Below, piece after piece: positions 1-10,078 of a DNA stretch of 64,000 nt. The notes below the pieces were generated by a model, which did not search any database, was not told the origin of the DNA, and saw only the letters and a program-made list of their open reading frames with translations. This DNA comes from an uncultured delta proteobacterium (GTDB lineage Bacteria > Myxococcota > Kuafuiibacteriia > Kuafuiibacteriales > Kuafuiibacteriaceae): assembly GCA_963803435.1 (NCBI GenBank), contig CAWDML010000009.1, positions 1,312,001 to 1,376,000 on the forward strand. Direction: 5' to 3'. Both the position numbers and the translations under genes were made by a program. The first letter of the stretch is position 1, and each line of letters begins with the position of its first letter.

Positions 1-709
1 CGCTGGTCTCGTAGTCGCCCCGGGAGATCGCCTTCGCCAGCTTGTGGATCGGCGCCAGCGAGCGCCCGGCCAGGACGGTCAGGATGACCCCGATGATGAG
101 GGCGACGGCCGTCATGATGACGATGCGCCAGATGGCGTTGAGCTCCTCGAGCTCGGCCCGATGGACGGCCCGATCGGTCGCATCGCTGATCTGCTTGTTG
201 AGCTGGAAGATCTCGGTGCTGAGGGCGCCGTCGAGCTCCGGGAGCCGCGGCGCCAGATCGCGCACGTCCTCCCCGGCCTGCACACGCTGGAAGATTCGAT
301 TGGTGAGCTCGGTGACGGCCTCGTGCCGGTCGGCGATCTGGTCGATCCGCCGGATGATCTCGTCGTAGAACTCCGGCTCGTTCGAGCGCTCGTGCTCCGC
401 GACGCGCCGGATCTCCTCCACCGCCGCCCGGATGACGTTGGGGAAGTACTCGACGGCGATCCGCAGGATCACCTCGCGGCTCTTCGGATCCTCCTCCTGG
501 AGCCCGCTGCGCAGATCGCGGAAGCGGTTCTGCTGGTGGGTCTCGAGCTGGGCGACGCCGCGGGCGAGGGCGAGGTGCCCCTCCTTGATCGCTCGCAAGT
601 CCTTCGCCACGCTCCGGATCTGGACCACGCTGATGAACGCGAGGACCACCGCGCAAGAGAGCAGCACCATGAACCCGAGGAAGATCTTGGTGGCGAGCGA
701 GAGCTTCAC
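1..709 (-). CDS. Membrane sensor protein (histidine kinase or chemoreceptor type), N-terminal part: TM - helical periplasmic domain - TM - start of HAMP; runs off the window edge
   Basis: Manual translation from GTG at 709: VKLSLATKIFLGFMVLLSCAVVLAFISVVQ...IWRIVIMTAVALIIGVILTVLAGRSLAPIHKLAKAISRGDYE; absent from the ORF track because it has no stop in the window. Confidence 0.75.
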   Translation of the reverse strand, partial: MKLSLATKIFLGFMVLLSCAVVLAFISVVQIRSVAKDLRAIKEGHLALARGVAQLETHQQNRFRDLRSGLQEEDPKSREVILRIAVEYFPNVIRAAVEEIRRVAEHERSNEPEFYDEIIRRIDQIADRHEAVTELTNRIFQRVQAGEDVRDLAPRLPELDGALSTEIFQLNKQISDATDRAVHRAELEELNAIWRIVIMTAVALIIGVILTVLAGRSLAPIHKLAKAISRGDYETS

Positions 710-738
710 GTTCTCACCAAACACGCTAGCATACGGGG

Positions 739-1446
739 GTGTTCGCCCTGCTTCTTTTCACCCTGGCGGGCCAGCCGCAAGAACCGCAGCCGGACGCCCA
801 CCTGGTGGACATGGTGGTGGCACAGGCGGACTCCACGGTCGTCACGCTGTCGGAGCTGATGGCCGAGACCCGGTTGGTCCTCCTGCGCACCCGCGGGCTC
901 GATCTGGCCCGTTCGGGCGCGATCAGCCGGCCGCTGATGCTGGCCGTGCTCCGGTCGATCGTGCAGCGGGAGCTGATCCTCGGCGAGGTGCACCGGTTGA
1001 ACCTGCAGGTGCCGGAGGAGGAGGTCGAGCGGGCGCTCGCCGCGGTGCGTCGCAAGTTTCCCACGCCGGAGGACTACCAGCGGTTCATGGACCTGACGGG
1101 GTTTCGGGATCCGGTGACCGGCCAGACTCCGTTGCTCTCGGCGGTGCTCCGGAGCGAGCTGCAGGTGGAGCGCTACCTCGATCTGCGGGTGCGCCTCAAC
1201 GTCGTGATCCCCGAGCCCGACCTGATCCGCTGCTTCGAGATGAACGAGAAGAAGTTCTTCGGCCGCAGCTACGCCGAGATGAAGCCGCGGATCCAGCTCG
1301 TGCTCCGGGAACAGCGCGAGCAGAGGGCGCTCAGCGACCTCGTCACCCAGCTGTCGAACCGCGCCAAGATCCGCTACGCACCCGGCTTCGATCCCGGACC
1401 GAGCGCGCCCGAAGCGCCCTCGGTGGCCTTCCAGTGTCCCGACTGA
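739..1446 (+). CDS. SurA N-terminal-domain-like periplasmic chaperone
   Basis: Signal peptide; LVDMVVAQADSTVVTLSEL and EEEVERALAAVRRKF resemble SurA_N; no complete parvulin domain seen. Confidence 0.65.
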   Translation: MFALLLFTLAGQPQEPQPDAHLVDMVVAQADSTVVTLSELMAETRLVLLRTRGLDLARSGAISRPLMLAVLRSIVQRELILGEVHRLNLQVPEEEVERALAAVRRKFPTPEDYQRFMDLTGFRDPVTGQTPLLSAVLRSELQVERYLDLRVRLNVVIPEPDLIRCFEMNEKKFFGRSYAEMKPRIQLVLREQREQRALSDLVTQLSNRAKIRYAPGFDPGPSAPEAPSVAFQCPD

Positions 1447-1862
1447 TCATCCGCCCGGCGTGGGCCGGCGACGCTCCGCGAATGGCGGAGATCGCCTGCG
1501 CGGTCGAGCAGCCAACCTGGGACGCGGAGCGGTTCCAGCAGGAGCTGGCGCTACCGCAGAGCCGCGCCTTCGTGGCGGAGAAGGAGAGCGTCGTCGCGGG
1601 GTTCGCGATCGGATGGGAAGTGATCGACGAGCTCGAGCTTCACCTGATCGCCGTCGATGCCGCGCATCGCCGGCAGGGCCTGGGGACGGCGCTGCTCGAC
1701 ACCTTCGAGGCCGGCGCGCCGGTGGTGTACCTCGAGGTGGCCGAGTCGAACGCCGGCGCGCTCGCGCTCTACCGCGGGCGGGGCTATCGTGAGGTGGGCC
1801 GGCGGGCCCACTACTACGGCCGCGACGCGGCGGCGTTGCTCATGCGTTCCATCCGGCGGTAG
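1434..1862 (+). CDS. rimI: Ribosomal-protein-alanine N-acetyltransferase (GNAT)
   Basis: DELELHLIAVDAAHRRQGLG, LEVAESNAGALALY, GRRAHYY motifs; GTG start overlaps the upstream gene. Confidence 0.85.
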   Translation: MSRLIIRPAWAGDAPRMAEIACAVEQPTWDAERFQQELALPQSRAFVAEKESVVAGFAIGWEVIDELELHLIAVDAAHRRQGLGTALLDTFEAGAPVVYLEVAESNAGALALYRGRGYREVGRRAHYYGRDAAALLMRSIRR

Positions 1863-1902
1863 TCCGTTGTCCCACGTGCCCGAGGGGCATACCGTCCGAC
1901 GG

Positions 1903-2469
1903 ATGCGCGCGTGGATGGTCCTCCCGCTCCTCTTCGCGTGCGGCGGGCGCAGCCAGCTCGGTGATCCGGACGGCGGCACGATGCTCGACCTGGACAGCGG
2001 CCCCCGGCCCGACGCCGGCTTCATCCCCGACATGGTCCTGGCGCGCGTGGTCATCGACGGCGACACCCTCATCGTCTCGGCAGGCTCGCACCTGAGGACC
2101 CCGGACGGGCGGCCGCTCGACGGGGAGAAGATCCGGCTCATCGGCGTGGACGCCCCCGAGATCGCACACCCGGACGCCCAGCCCCCGACGGAGGCCGACT
2201 GCTACGGTCCCGAGGCCGCCACGTTCACGGAGATGACCGTCGGCGGGCGGACCATCGAGCTCACCTACGACGCGAACAACGGCTATCGCGACCCCTACGA
2301 CCGGCTCCTCGCCTACGTGGCCCGCAACGGGATGGTGCTCCAGGAGCAGCTCCTGACGACCGGCAACGCCCGGGCGTTCCGCCAGTACAACCACCGAGAA
2401 CGCGACCACTACATCGAGCTCGAGTCCGCCGCGCGCGCGCAGCACCTCGGTCTGTGGTCCTGCCCTTGA
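1903..2469 (+). CDS. Thermonuclease (SNase-like) lipoprotein
   Basis: Lipobox LFAC; VIDGDT, IRLIGVDAPE, DPYDRLLAYV, GLWS motifs. Confidence 0.85.
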   Translation: MRAWMVLPLLFACGGRSQLGDPDGGTMLDLDSGPRPDAGFIPDMVLARVVIDGDTLIVSAGSHLRTPDGRPLDGEKIRLIGVDAPEIAHPDAQPPTEADCYGPEAATFTEMTVGGRTIELTYDANNGYRDPYDRLLAYVARNGMVLQEQLLTTGNARAFRQYNHRERDHYIELESAARAQHLGLWSCP

Positions 2470-3095
2470 GCGCGGCGCTGGTGGTGCTGGCCGGCGGCCG
2501 CGCCGCGCGCCTCCAGGGGCTCGTCAAGCCGCTCCTGGTGCGCTCCGACGGTCGCACGCTCCTCGCGCACCTCCTCGAGGCCCTGGCGCCGCTCGTCGAG
2601 GAGACGGTGATCGTGGCGCCCGCCGCGATCGCCGGGCTCTTCCCGGGGCGGGTGATCGAGGATCCGGGGCGGGGGCCGGGGATCGCATTGATCACGGCGG
2701 CCCGCGCCCTCTCCCAGCCACGGATCCTGGCGGCCGCGGGCGATCTGGTGACGCCGTCGCCGGCGCTCGGCGCGCATCTGTTGGCCTCACCCCATCCGGC
2801 CGCGGTCGTGTCGAAGGACGGCGTGCTCCAGCCCGCCTTCGCAGCGTATTCGACGGCGCCGCTGGCCGGCCTGGCTTCGCGGGATGACCTCCCTCCCGGA
2901 GGCGCCTCGGGAAGGCTCTCCAGCCTGCGCGCGTGTCTCTCCGCGCTGGGAGCGTTCGTGATCGACGCGGGTGACCTCGCACCCGAGATGCTGCACGCGT
3001 TCGACGACGTCGACACGCCCGCGGACGTCGTGCGGGCTTTGCTCTCGACGGCGGGCGTACCGACCTGGCCCCACCTTGCCGCCGACGCACAGTGA
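2454..3095 (+). CDS. MobA-like NTP transferase (molybdenum cofactor guanylyltransferase family)
   Basis: VLAGGRAARL..K, DPGRGP, AGD, DVDTPAD motifs. Confidence 0.7.
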   Translation: MVLPLSAALVVLAGGRAARLQGLVKPLLVRSDGRTLLAHLLEALAPLVEETVIVAPAAIAGLFPGRVIEDPGRGPGIALITAARALSQPRILAAAGDLVTPSPALGAHLLASPHPAAVVSKDGVLQPAFAAYSTAPLAGLASRDDLPPGGASGRLSSLRACLSALGAFVIDAGDLAPEMLHAFDDVDTPADVVRALLSTAGVPTWPHLAADAQ

Positions 3096-3109
3096 CACGA
3101 TGATGCGGC

Positions 3110-3703
3110 TTGATGCTGCGGCGCGATCTCGCCCCGCTGGATAGCTACCTCGCCGACGCCATGTCGATGGACGTGGCGGCGTTCTGCGATCGCTACCCGT
3201 GGCCGGTCCTGGTGACCCCCGAGCCCTCCCCGGACCTGATGCGTCGCCTGAGGCGTCCGGAGACCGTGGTCCAGGAGGTGACGATGTCCACCCAGGATCT
3301 GGATCCGATGGCGCCCGGGATGGTGGGCGCCAGCCTGGACGCGCTCTGCTTGCTGGTCCGGCCCCTCGATCCCGGACGCACCCGCATGCGGATCGGCCGA
3401 GCCCCCAGCGCCGACGTCATCCTGATCGACGAGAGCATCTCGCGCACCCACGCCGAGCTGGAGTGGGATCGTCCCGCCGAACGGGCCCTCCTGACGGACC
3501 TCGGCACCAAGAACGGCACGGTCGTCGATCACCGGCGGCTCGCGCCCCGGCAGAGCGTCCTCCTCGTCCCAGGCTCGGTGGTGATGTTCGGCTCGCTGGC
3601 GACGCGCTTCTACTCGCCGCGAACGTTCCGGGCCTGGCTCGCCACAGGCGCGCCCCGCTCGGGGGCCTCGCCAGGGAAGTGGCCCACGGGCCTGGTCACC
3701 TGA
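3110..3703 (+). CDS. FHA domain protein
   Basis: Canonical pThr-binding motifs IGR, ISRTHA, DLGTKNGT. Confidence 0.85.
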   Translation: MMLRRDLAPLDSYLADAMSMDVAAFCDRYPWPVLVTPEPSPDLMRRLRRPETVVQEVTMSTQDLDPMAPGMVGASLDALCLLVRPLDPGRTRMRIGRAPSADVILIDESISRTHAELEWDRPAERALLTDLGTKNGTVVDHRRLAPRQSVLLVPGSVVMFGSLATRFYSPRTFRAWLATGAPRSGASPGKWPTGLVT

Positions 3704-3743
3704 GAACCGGTCCTAAACCGTTCCGTTCGCCGGATGACTACGG

Positions 3744-5294
3744 CTACCGGCCGGGGTTGCGGGCGGCCTGGCGCTCTTGATCGTCGTAGCTGAGGGCGAC
3801 GGGGTGGACCTTCACGTCCGCGCGATCGCGGAGCTTCTTGGTCCAGCCCTCGTACGCGGCGTTCTGCTTGGCGATGGTGAGGCTGTACGCGAGCCCGAGC
3901 TTCGCCTTGTCGAAGTCGGCGTCGGTGGGCGCCTTGCGCTCCTTCAGGCGGAGGATCACCCACGCCGTATCGCTCTCGATGGGCGTCGCGGGGACCGGCT
4001 TCTCGGGCGTGAGCGCCCAGGCGGCGGCGGCGACCTCCTTGGCCTGGCCGAGCCGCGGGAGGAAGTCGCGGCCCTCGGGGAACGGTCCGGTCTCCTCGAC
4101 CTTGAGATCCGTCGAGCCGGAGGCCGCCACCACGTCGGCGAGCGTAGGCTTCTGGAGGGCGAGGGCCTCGAGGGTGTCCGCCTTCTTCTTGGCGAGCGCG
4201 CCGGCCTTCTCGTCGCGGACCAAGGCCTCGACGATCTCGTCCTTCACGTCCTCGAGCTTGCGCTGCACCGGATCCTGGATCTCGGTGACCTTGATGATGT
4301 GGTAGCCGAACGGGGTCTCGACGACCTTGGAGACCTCGCCCGCCTTCAGCGCGAAGGCGGCCTCCTCGATCGGGGGCATCATCTGGCCATTGGAGAAGCA
4401 GCCCAGATCGCCGCCCTTGTCCTTGTTTGAGTCGTCGGAGAACTTCTTGGCAGCGGCCGCGAAGTCCATGCCGCCGGCCACGGCCCGGGCGGCGTCGTCG
4501 ATCTTCTTCTGCGCGGCCGTCCGGACGTCCGGCGCCGCCTCCTTGGTCAGGCGGACCAGGATGTGCTGGGCACAGACCTTCTTCGGGACGTCGTAGCGGG
4601 AGCTCTTGAAGCGCTGGTAGTACTTCAGGATCTTGTCCTCGGCGTCGGGCTGCTTGTTCCACTCCTCGATGTCGGCGGCGGTGATCGTGCCGACCTGATC
4701 GGCGAACATGCTCTTCGGGACCTGGATGAACTCGACGTTCACCTTGGTCTGCTCGCGCATGAACTGATCCTTCATCTCCTTGTCTGAGACGCGCATGGCC
4801 TGGACGAGCGACAGGTAGATGCTCGAGAGGATCCGCTCCCGCTCCGACTGCTCGAAGCGCGTGTCGCTGGTCTGCATCTGGTTGAGGAAGCGCTCGTACA
4901 GGTCGCGGCTGAAGTGGCCGTCCTGCTGGAAGCTCTCGTTCTCGACGATCCGATCCCTCAGCATCTGGTCGTCGACCGCCAGGCCGTTCTCCTTGGCGGT
5001 CTTCGCCAGCACCTTGGTGGTCACCAGCCCGTACAGAACGTTCTCCCGGAGCTTGTCCCGCTCGGCGGCCTCCTTGTTGTATCGGGGATCCTGCATCTGC
5101 CGATACCGGTACTGGCTGGCGTACACCGCCGAGTACTCGGTGTCGGAGATGACGTCTCCGTCCACCTCGGCGGCATAGAAGCCCTTGGGGCCGCCTTGGT
5201 AGCTGATTCCGAAGCCGATCATGACCAGGGCCGTGAGGCCGAGGAGGAAGGTGATGATCGGACTGTTCTTGTGGCGGCGGAGCGCACCGAGCAT
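3744..5294 (-). CDS. ppiD: PpiD/SurA-family peptidyl-prolyl isomerase
   Basis: N-terminal TM, SurA_N-like region, parvulin motifs AQHILVR, FSDD..K.KGGDLG, VETPFGYHIIKV. Confidence 0.8.
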   Translation of the reverse strand: MLGALRRHKNSPIITFLLGLTALVMIGFGISYQGGPKGFYAAEVDGDVISDTEYSAVYASQYRYRQMQDPRYNKEAAERDKLRENVLYGLVTTKVLAKTAKENGLAVDDQMLRDRIVENESFQQDGHFSRDLYERFLNQMQTSDTRFEQSERERILSSIYLSLVQAMRVSDKEMKDQFMREQTKVNVEFIQVPKSMFADQVGTITAADIEEWNKQPDAEDKILKYYQRFKSSRYDVPKKVCAQHILVRLTKEAAPDVRTAAQKKIDDAARAVAGGMDFAAAAKKFSDDSNKDKGGDLGCFSNGQMMPPIEEAAFALKAGEVSKVVETPFGYHIIKVTEIQDPVQRKLEDVKDEIVEALVRDEKAGALAKKKADTLEALALQKPTLADVVAASGSTDLKVEETGPFPEGRDFLPRLGQAKEVAAAAWALTPEKPVPATPIESDTAWVILRLKERKAPTDADFDKAKLGLAYSLTIAKQNAAYEGWTKKLRDRADVKVHPVALSYDDQERQAARNPGR

Positions 5295-5367
5295 GACGGG
5301 GCCTGGTCTATCGGAATGGATTGAGATTTGAAAGGGCCTTTGATACTTGCGGAGCTGGGCTTCGCCC

Positions 5368-6399
<1,032 letters not shown>

Positions 6400-6416
6400 G
6401 ATCCAGGTCGTCCTCG

Positions 6417-7334
6417 GTGGTTCGGTTTCTCAAGCGCTACCAGACTCCGATCGCCGTCCTGCTGTCGATCCTGGTCCCGCTCATCGTCTATCGAGCCAAC
6501 GCCGCCACGCCAGGGGAGGCGAACGTCGTCGACAAGATCGTCCTGTTCGCCACCAGCCCGCTCGAGCACCTGATGACCTGGGCTACGGGCCTGGTGAGCG
6601 ACTCCTGGTACGAGTACGTGGACATCGTCGACGCGCGGAAGGAGAACGCGGAGCTGCGCCGGCGCCTGCTGGCGGTGGAGCGGGACGTGGACATTCTCCG
6701 CACGCTCGAGATCGAGAACCGTCACCTGACCGCGCTGCTCGACATTAAGGAGAAGAACCCGACCTTCCGTTTCCAGGCGGCGCGGGTGATCGCCGCGGGG
6801 AGCTCGCCGCTGTCGCGCACGCTGGAGATCGATCGGGGATCGCTCGCCGGCATCCGCCGCGGCATGCCGGTGATCGCGGGCCAGGGGCTGGTCGGCGTGA
6901 TCCAGCGGGTCGGCTGGTCGACGGCCGAGGTGCTCACGATCGCCGACGACAAGGTGGCGGTGCGGGCCCTGGTGGTGAGGACGCGCGCCCGCGGCCGCGT
7001 GCGGGGGCGCGGGCTGTTCCCTCGCTTCAAGCTGAAGCTCTCGGAGGTGCTGCGCGACGACGACGTCGCCGTGGGCGATCGGATCACCACGTCGGGACAC
7101 GACGCCGTCTTCCCGGCCGGCATCCCGATCGGTGAGGTGACCGACGTGGTGGTGGAGACCGGCGTGCAGCATCGCGTCGCCGAGGTCGAGCCGTACGTGG
7201 ACTTCGCGCGCCTCGAGGACGTCTCGGTGATCCTCGACGCCGCCAAGGGCGAGCCGATCGTGACCCCCGAGCCGCTCCGGCCGCCGGCGTTGCTCGAGGC
7301 CCCACCCGCGACCCCGCCGGAGGCCAAGCGATGA
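6417..7334 (+). CDS. mreC: Rod shape-determining protein MreC
   Basis: TM + coiled coil (ENAELR), IDRGS..GI..GMPV, TSG...FPAGIPIG; operon position. Confidence 0.93.
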   Translation: MVRFLKRYQTPIAVLLSILVPLIVYRANAATPGEANVVDKIVLFATSPLEHLMTWATGLVSDSWYEYVDIVDARKENAELRRRLLAVERDVDILRTLEIENRHLTALLDIKEKNPTFRFQAARVIAAGSSPLSRTLEIDRGSLAGIRRGMPVIAGQGLVGVIQRVGWSTAEVLTIADDKVAVRALVVRTRARGRVRGRGLFPRFKLKLSEVLRDDDVAVGDRITTSGHDAVFPAGIPIGEVTDVVVETGVQHRVAEVEPYVDFARLEDVSVILDAAKGEPIVTPEPLRPPALLEAPPATPPEAKR

Positions 7335-7900
7335 CGATCGACATCCTCGACAAGCCGCGCCGGGCCGGGCTCAAGGCACTGCTCAAGTCCGGCCGGCTGC
7401 GGGTGGCGCTGGTGGTGATCGCGGCGGCGATCCTCCTCACCGTGCAGAGCGTCGTGGCGCAAAAGCCGCGCTTGCGCCCGGACGTGGCCAGCCTGGTGAT
7501 CGTGTACCTCGCGATGGACCACGAGCTGATCCCTGGGCTCGTCGTGGCGCTGGTGGTCGGCTACGTGGCCGATGTCTTCTCGGGTCAGGCGCCCGGGCTC
7601 TACATGGCGTCGCTGGTGGTCGTCTACCTGGTCCTCCGGCTGATCGTGTTGCGGATCGTCGGGTCGCGGTGGTTCATCGTGACAGGCTTGTCGATCCTCG
7701 CCACCTTCCTGGGGATCCTGGTCCGACTCTCCATCGTCGACGTCCTGGGACCCGGCGGGGTCGGCTTCCGGACCATCGGGCCCACCCTCCCGGTCGCGTT
7801 TCTGGTGGCGGTCCTCGGCGGCTATCCGATCTATCGGCTGCTCGGCTTCTGCGAGCACGGGTTGCGGGCGGACGCGAGCCGGCCGCCTGCCTTACACTGA
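7331..7900 (+). CDS. mreD: Rod shape-determining protein MreD
   Basis: Multi-TM hydrophobic protein with G...D..SG...G pattern; lies between mreC and mrdA. Confidence 0.85.
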   Translation: MTIDILDKPRRAGLKALLKSGRLRVALVVIAAAILLTVQSVVAQKPRLRPDVASLVIVYLAMDHELIPGLVVALVVGYVADVFSGQAPGLYMASLVVVYLVLRLIVLRIVGSRWFIVTGLSILATFLGILVRLSIVDVLGPGGVGFRTIGPTLPVAFLVAVLGGYPIYRLLGFCEHGLRADASRPPALH

Positions 7901-7909
7901 GAAGAACGC

Positions 7910-10078
7910 GTGGGCCTCCCAGGCGAGAAGTCGACCGATGCCTCCGCCGCCGCCACCCGCGGTGTGGTGATGGGCGCGTTCGCGGTGATCGTCTTCGGCG
8001 TGATCATGGTCCGCCTCTACATGGTCCAGATCCAGCAGGGCACCGAGTTCCGCGAGAAGTCGCTGAACAACTTCATCCAGTTCAAGCGGCTCGATCACGA
8101 TCGGGGCGAGATCGTGGATCGGGAGGGGCGCGTGCTGGTCACGAACCGGCCCTCGGTCGACGTCGCGGTCACGCCGGCGTTCTTCCCCAACGCCAACCGG
8201 ATGGTGCAGCGCCTGGGCGCGGCGGTCGGCGTGTCGTCGAAGGAGAGCGAGGCGATCGCGCAGGCGCTCTCCAAGGCGGTCCAGGAGCGAGGACCGCCGC
8301 TGCTCTTGGCGGCCGACCTCACCGAGCGGCAGGCGTCCGCGATCCGCAAGGTCCAGAACGAGCTCGAGATCGGGCTGGAGAGCGTCCCGATCATCGAGAT
8401 GCCGGGCGAGCAGGATCGGTACGCCGCCTACCTGGATCCGGAGCATTTCCCCGGCCTGGGACGCATCATCCGCAGGCTCACCGAGCTGATGTCGCTCGAC
8501 GAGAGCGACGTGGCGGCGCTCCGCCGTCGCATCCGGCGGGCCACCGGGCTCGATCGCTACCTCGAGATCCTGGTGCGGCGCGACGTGCCGCCCGAGGTGG
8601 AGGGCCCGGTCGAGCTGGACATCGAGCTCGGCGAGCTGCCCGGTGTCTCGATCCGTAGCTCGAAGGCGCGCACGTATCGCTACGGCGCGATGGCGGCGCA
8701 CCTGCTCGGGTACGTCAACGAGGTGTCGACGCAGGACCTCGACGAGAAGCGGGAGCTGGGCTACCGCATCGGCGACTCGATCGGGCGCCGCGGCGTCGAG
8801 AAGACCTTCGAGGGCGAGCTGCGCGGAACGGACGGTCGCGAGACGATCGTGGTGGACAGCAAGGGCCGGTCGCAGTCGACCAAGTTCGCGCAGCAGCTGG
8901 AGAAGAGCGCGGGCGAGAACGTGAAGCCGAGGCCGGGCAACCGGGTGGTCCTCACGCTCGATCTCGACCTCCAGATGGTGGCGGAGAAGGCGTTCCTGAC
9001 CCAGAAGGCGGGGGCCCTGGTGATGCTCGAGGTGAACACGGGCCGGGTGCTGGCGCTGACGAGCACGCCGTCGTTCGATCCGAACAAGCTCACCGGCTAC
9101 TTCGACCCGGCCGAGAAGCGGCGCCTCGACGAGATGCGCGATCTCCGTCCGTGGCGGTTCCGCGCGATCCAGGACTACTTCGCGCCCGGCTCCACCTTCA
9201 AGGTGGTGACCGGGCTGGCGGCGCAGAAGCAGGGCGTCAGTCGGATCAACGAGCCGGTGACCTGTCCGGGTGCGTTCCGCCTGGGCGCGACGCGCTTCCG
9301 CTGCTGGAAGGAGTCGGGGCACGGCCCGCTCGACCTCGTGCACGCGATCGAGCACTCGTGCGACGTCTACTTCTACACGATGGGCTCCCGCCTGGGCCTG
9401 GACCCGATCGCGGAGATGGCCGTCTCGCTCGGGTTCGGAAAGCGGACAGGGATCGACCTGGCCGGCGAGTCGAGCGGCATCATGCCGACCAAGGCCTGGT
9501 ACAACCGCTACCTGCCGCCCTACACGCTGGGCGCCGCGGTGAACGCGTCGATCGGCCAGGGCGCCGTAGCGGTGACTCCGCTCCAGCTGGCGGTGGCGTA
9601 CGCGACGATCGCGAACGGCGGCACCGTCTACGAGCCGCAGATCGCGCTCCGCATCGAGTCGTACGACGGGCGCGCGGTCCGCGAGATCGCACCCAAGGTC
9701 CGGCGCAAGCTCGATCTGCCGCCCGACGCCCTGGCGGCGGTCCGCGAGGGCCTCCGCAAGGTGGTCAACGAGCCGGGCGGCACGGCGTACAGCCGGCGCC
9801 TGAAGGAGCTGGAGGTCTCGGGAAAGACAGGCACTGCCCAGGTGTCGGCCCTCGGCAAGAGCCGCGTCCGCGCCGAGACGCTGCCGTTCAACCTGCGCGA
9901 CCACGCCTGGTTCGCCTCGTTCGCGCCCTCGAATGCGCCGGAGGTGGTGGTGGTGGTGTTCGCCGAGCACGCAGGTCACGGAGGATCGGCGGCGGCGCCG
10001 ATCGCAATGGCGACGATCAAGGCCTGGTACGAGAAGAAGCAGGCGGCGATCCACGCGGAGGCGAACGATGGCTCGTAG
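7910..10078 (+). CDS. mrdA: Penicillin-binding protein 2, with an expanded non-catalytic region
   Basis: RGEIVDR, GSTFK (SxxK), SCD (SxD), KTG, DHAWF motifs. Confidence 0.95.
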   Translation: MGLPGEKSTDASAAATRGVVMGAFAVIVFGVIMVRLYMVQIQQGTEFREKSLNNFIQFKRLDHDRGEIVDREGRVLVTNRPSVDVAVTPAFFPNANRMVQRLGAAVGVSSKESEAIAQALSKAVQERGPPLLLAADLTERQASAIRKVQNELEIGLESVPIIEMPGEQDRYAAYLDPEHFPGLGRIIRRLTELMSLDESDVAALRRRIRRATGLDRYLEILVRRDVPPEVEGPVELDIELGELPGVSIRSSKARTYRYGAMAAHLLGYVNEVSTQDLDEKRELGYRIGDSIGRRGVEKTFEGELRGTDGRETIVVDSKGRSQSTKFAQQLEKSAGENVKPRPGNRVVLTLDLDLQMVAEKAFLTQKAGALVMLEVNTGRVLALTSTPSFDPNKLTGYFDPAEKRRLDEMRDLRPWRFRAIQDYFAPGSTFKVVTGLAAQKQGVSRINEPVTCPGAFRLGATRFRCWKESGHGPLDLVHAIEHSCDVYFYTMGSRLGLDPIAEMAVSLGFGKRTGIDLAGESSGIMPTKAWYNRYLPPYTLGAAVNASIGQGAVAVTPLQLAVAYATIANGGTVYEPQIALRIESYDGRAVREIAPKVRRKLDLPPDALAAVREGLRKVVNEPGGTAYSRRLKELEVSGKTGTAQVSALGKSRVRAETLPFNLRDHAWFASFAPSNAPEVVVVVFAEHAGHGGSAAAPIAMATIKAWYEKKQAAIHAEANDGS

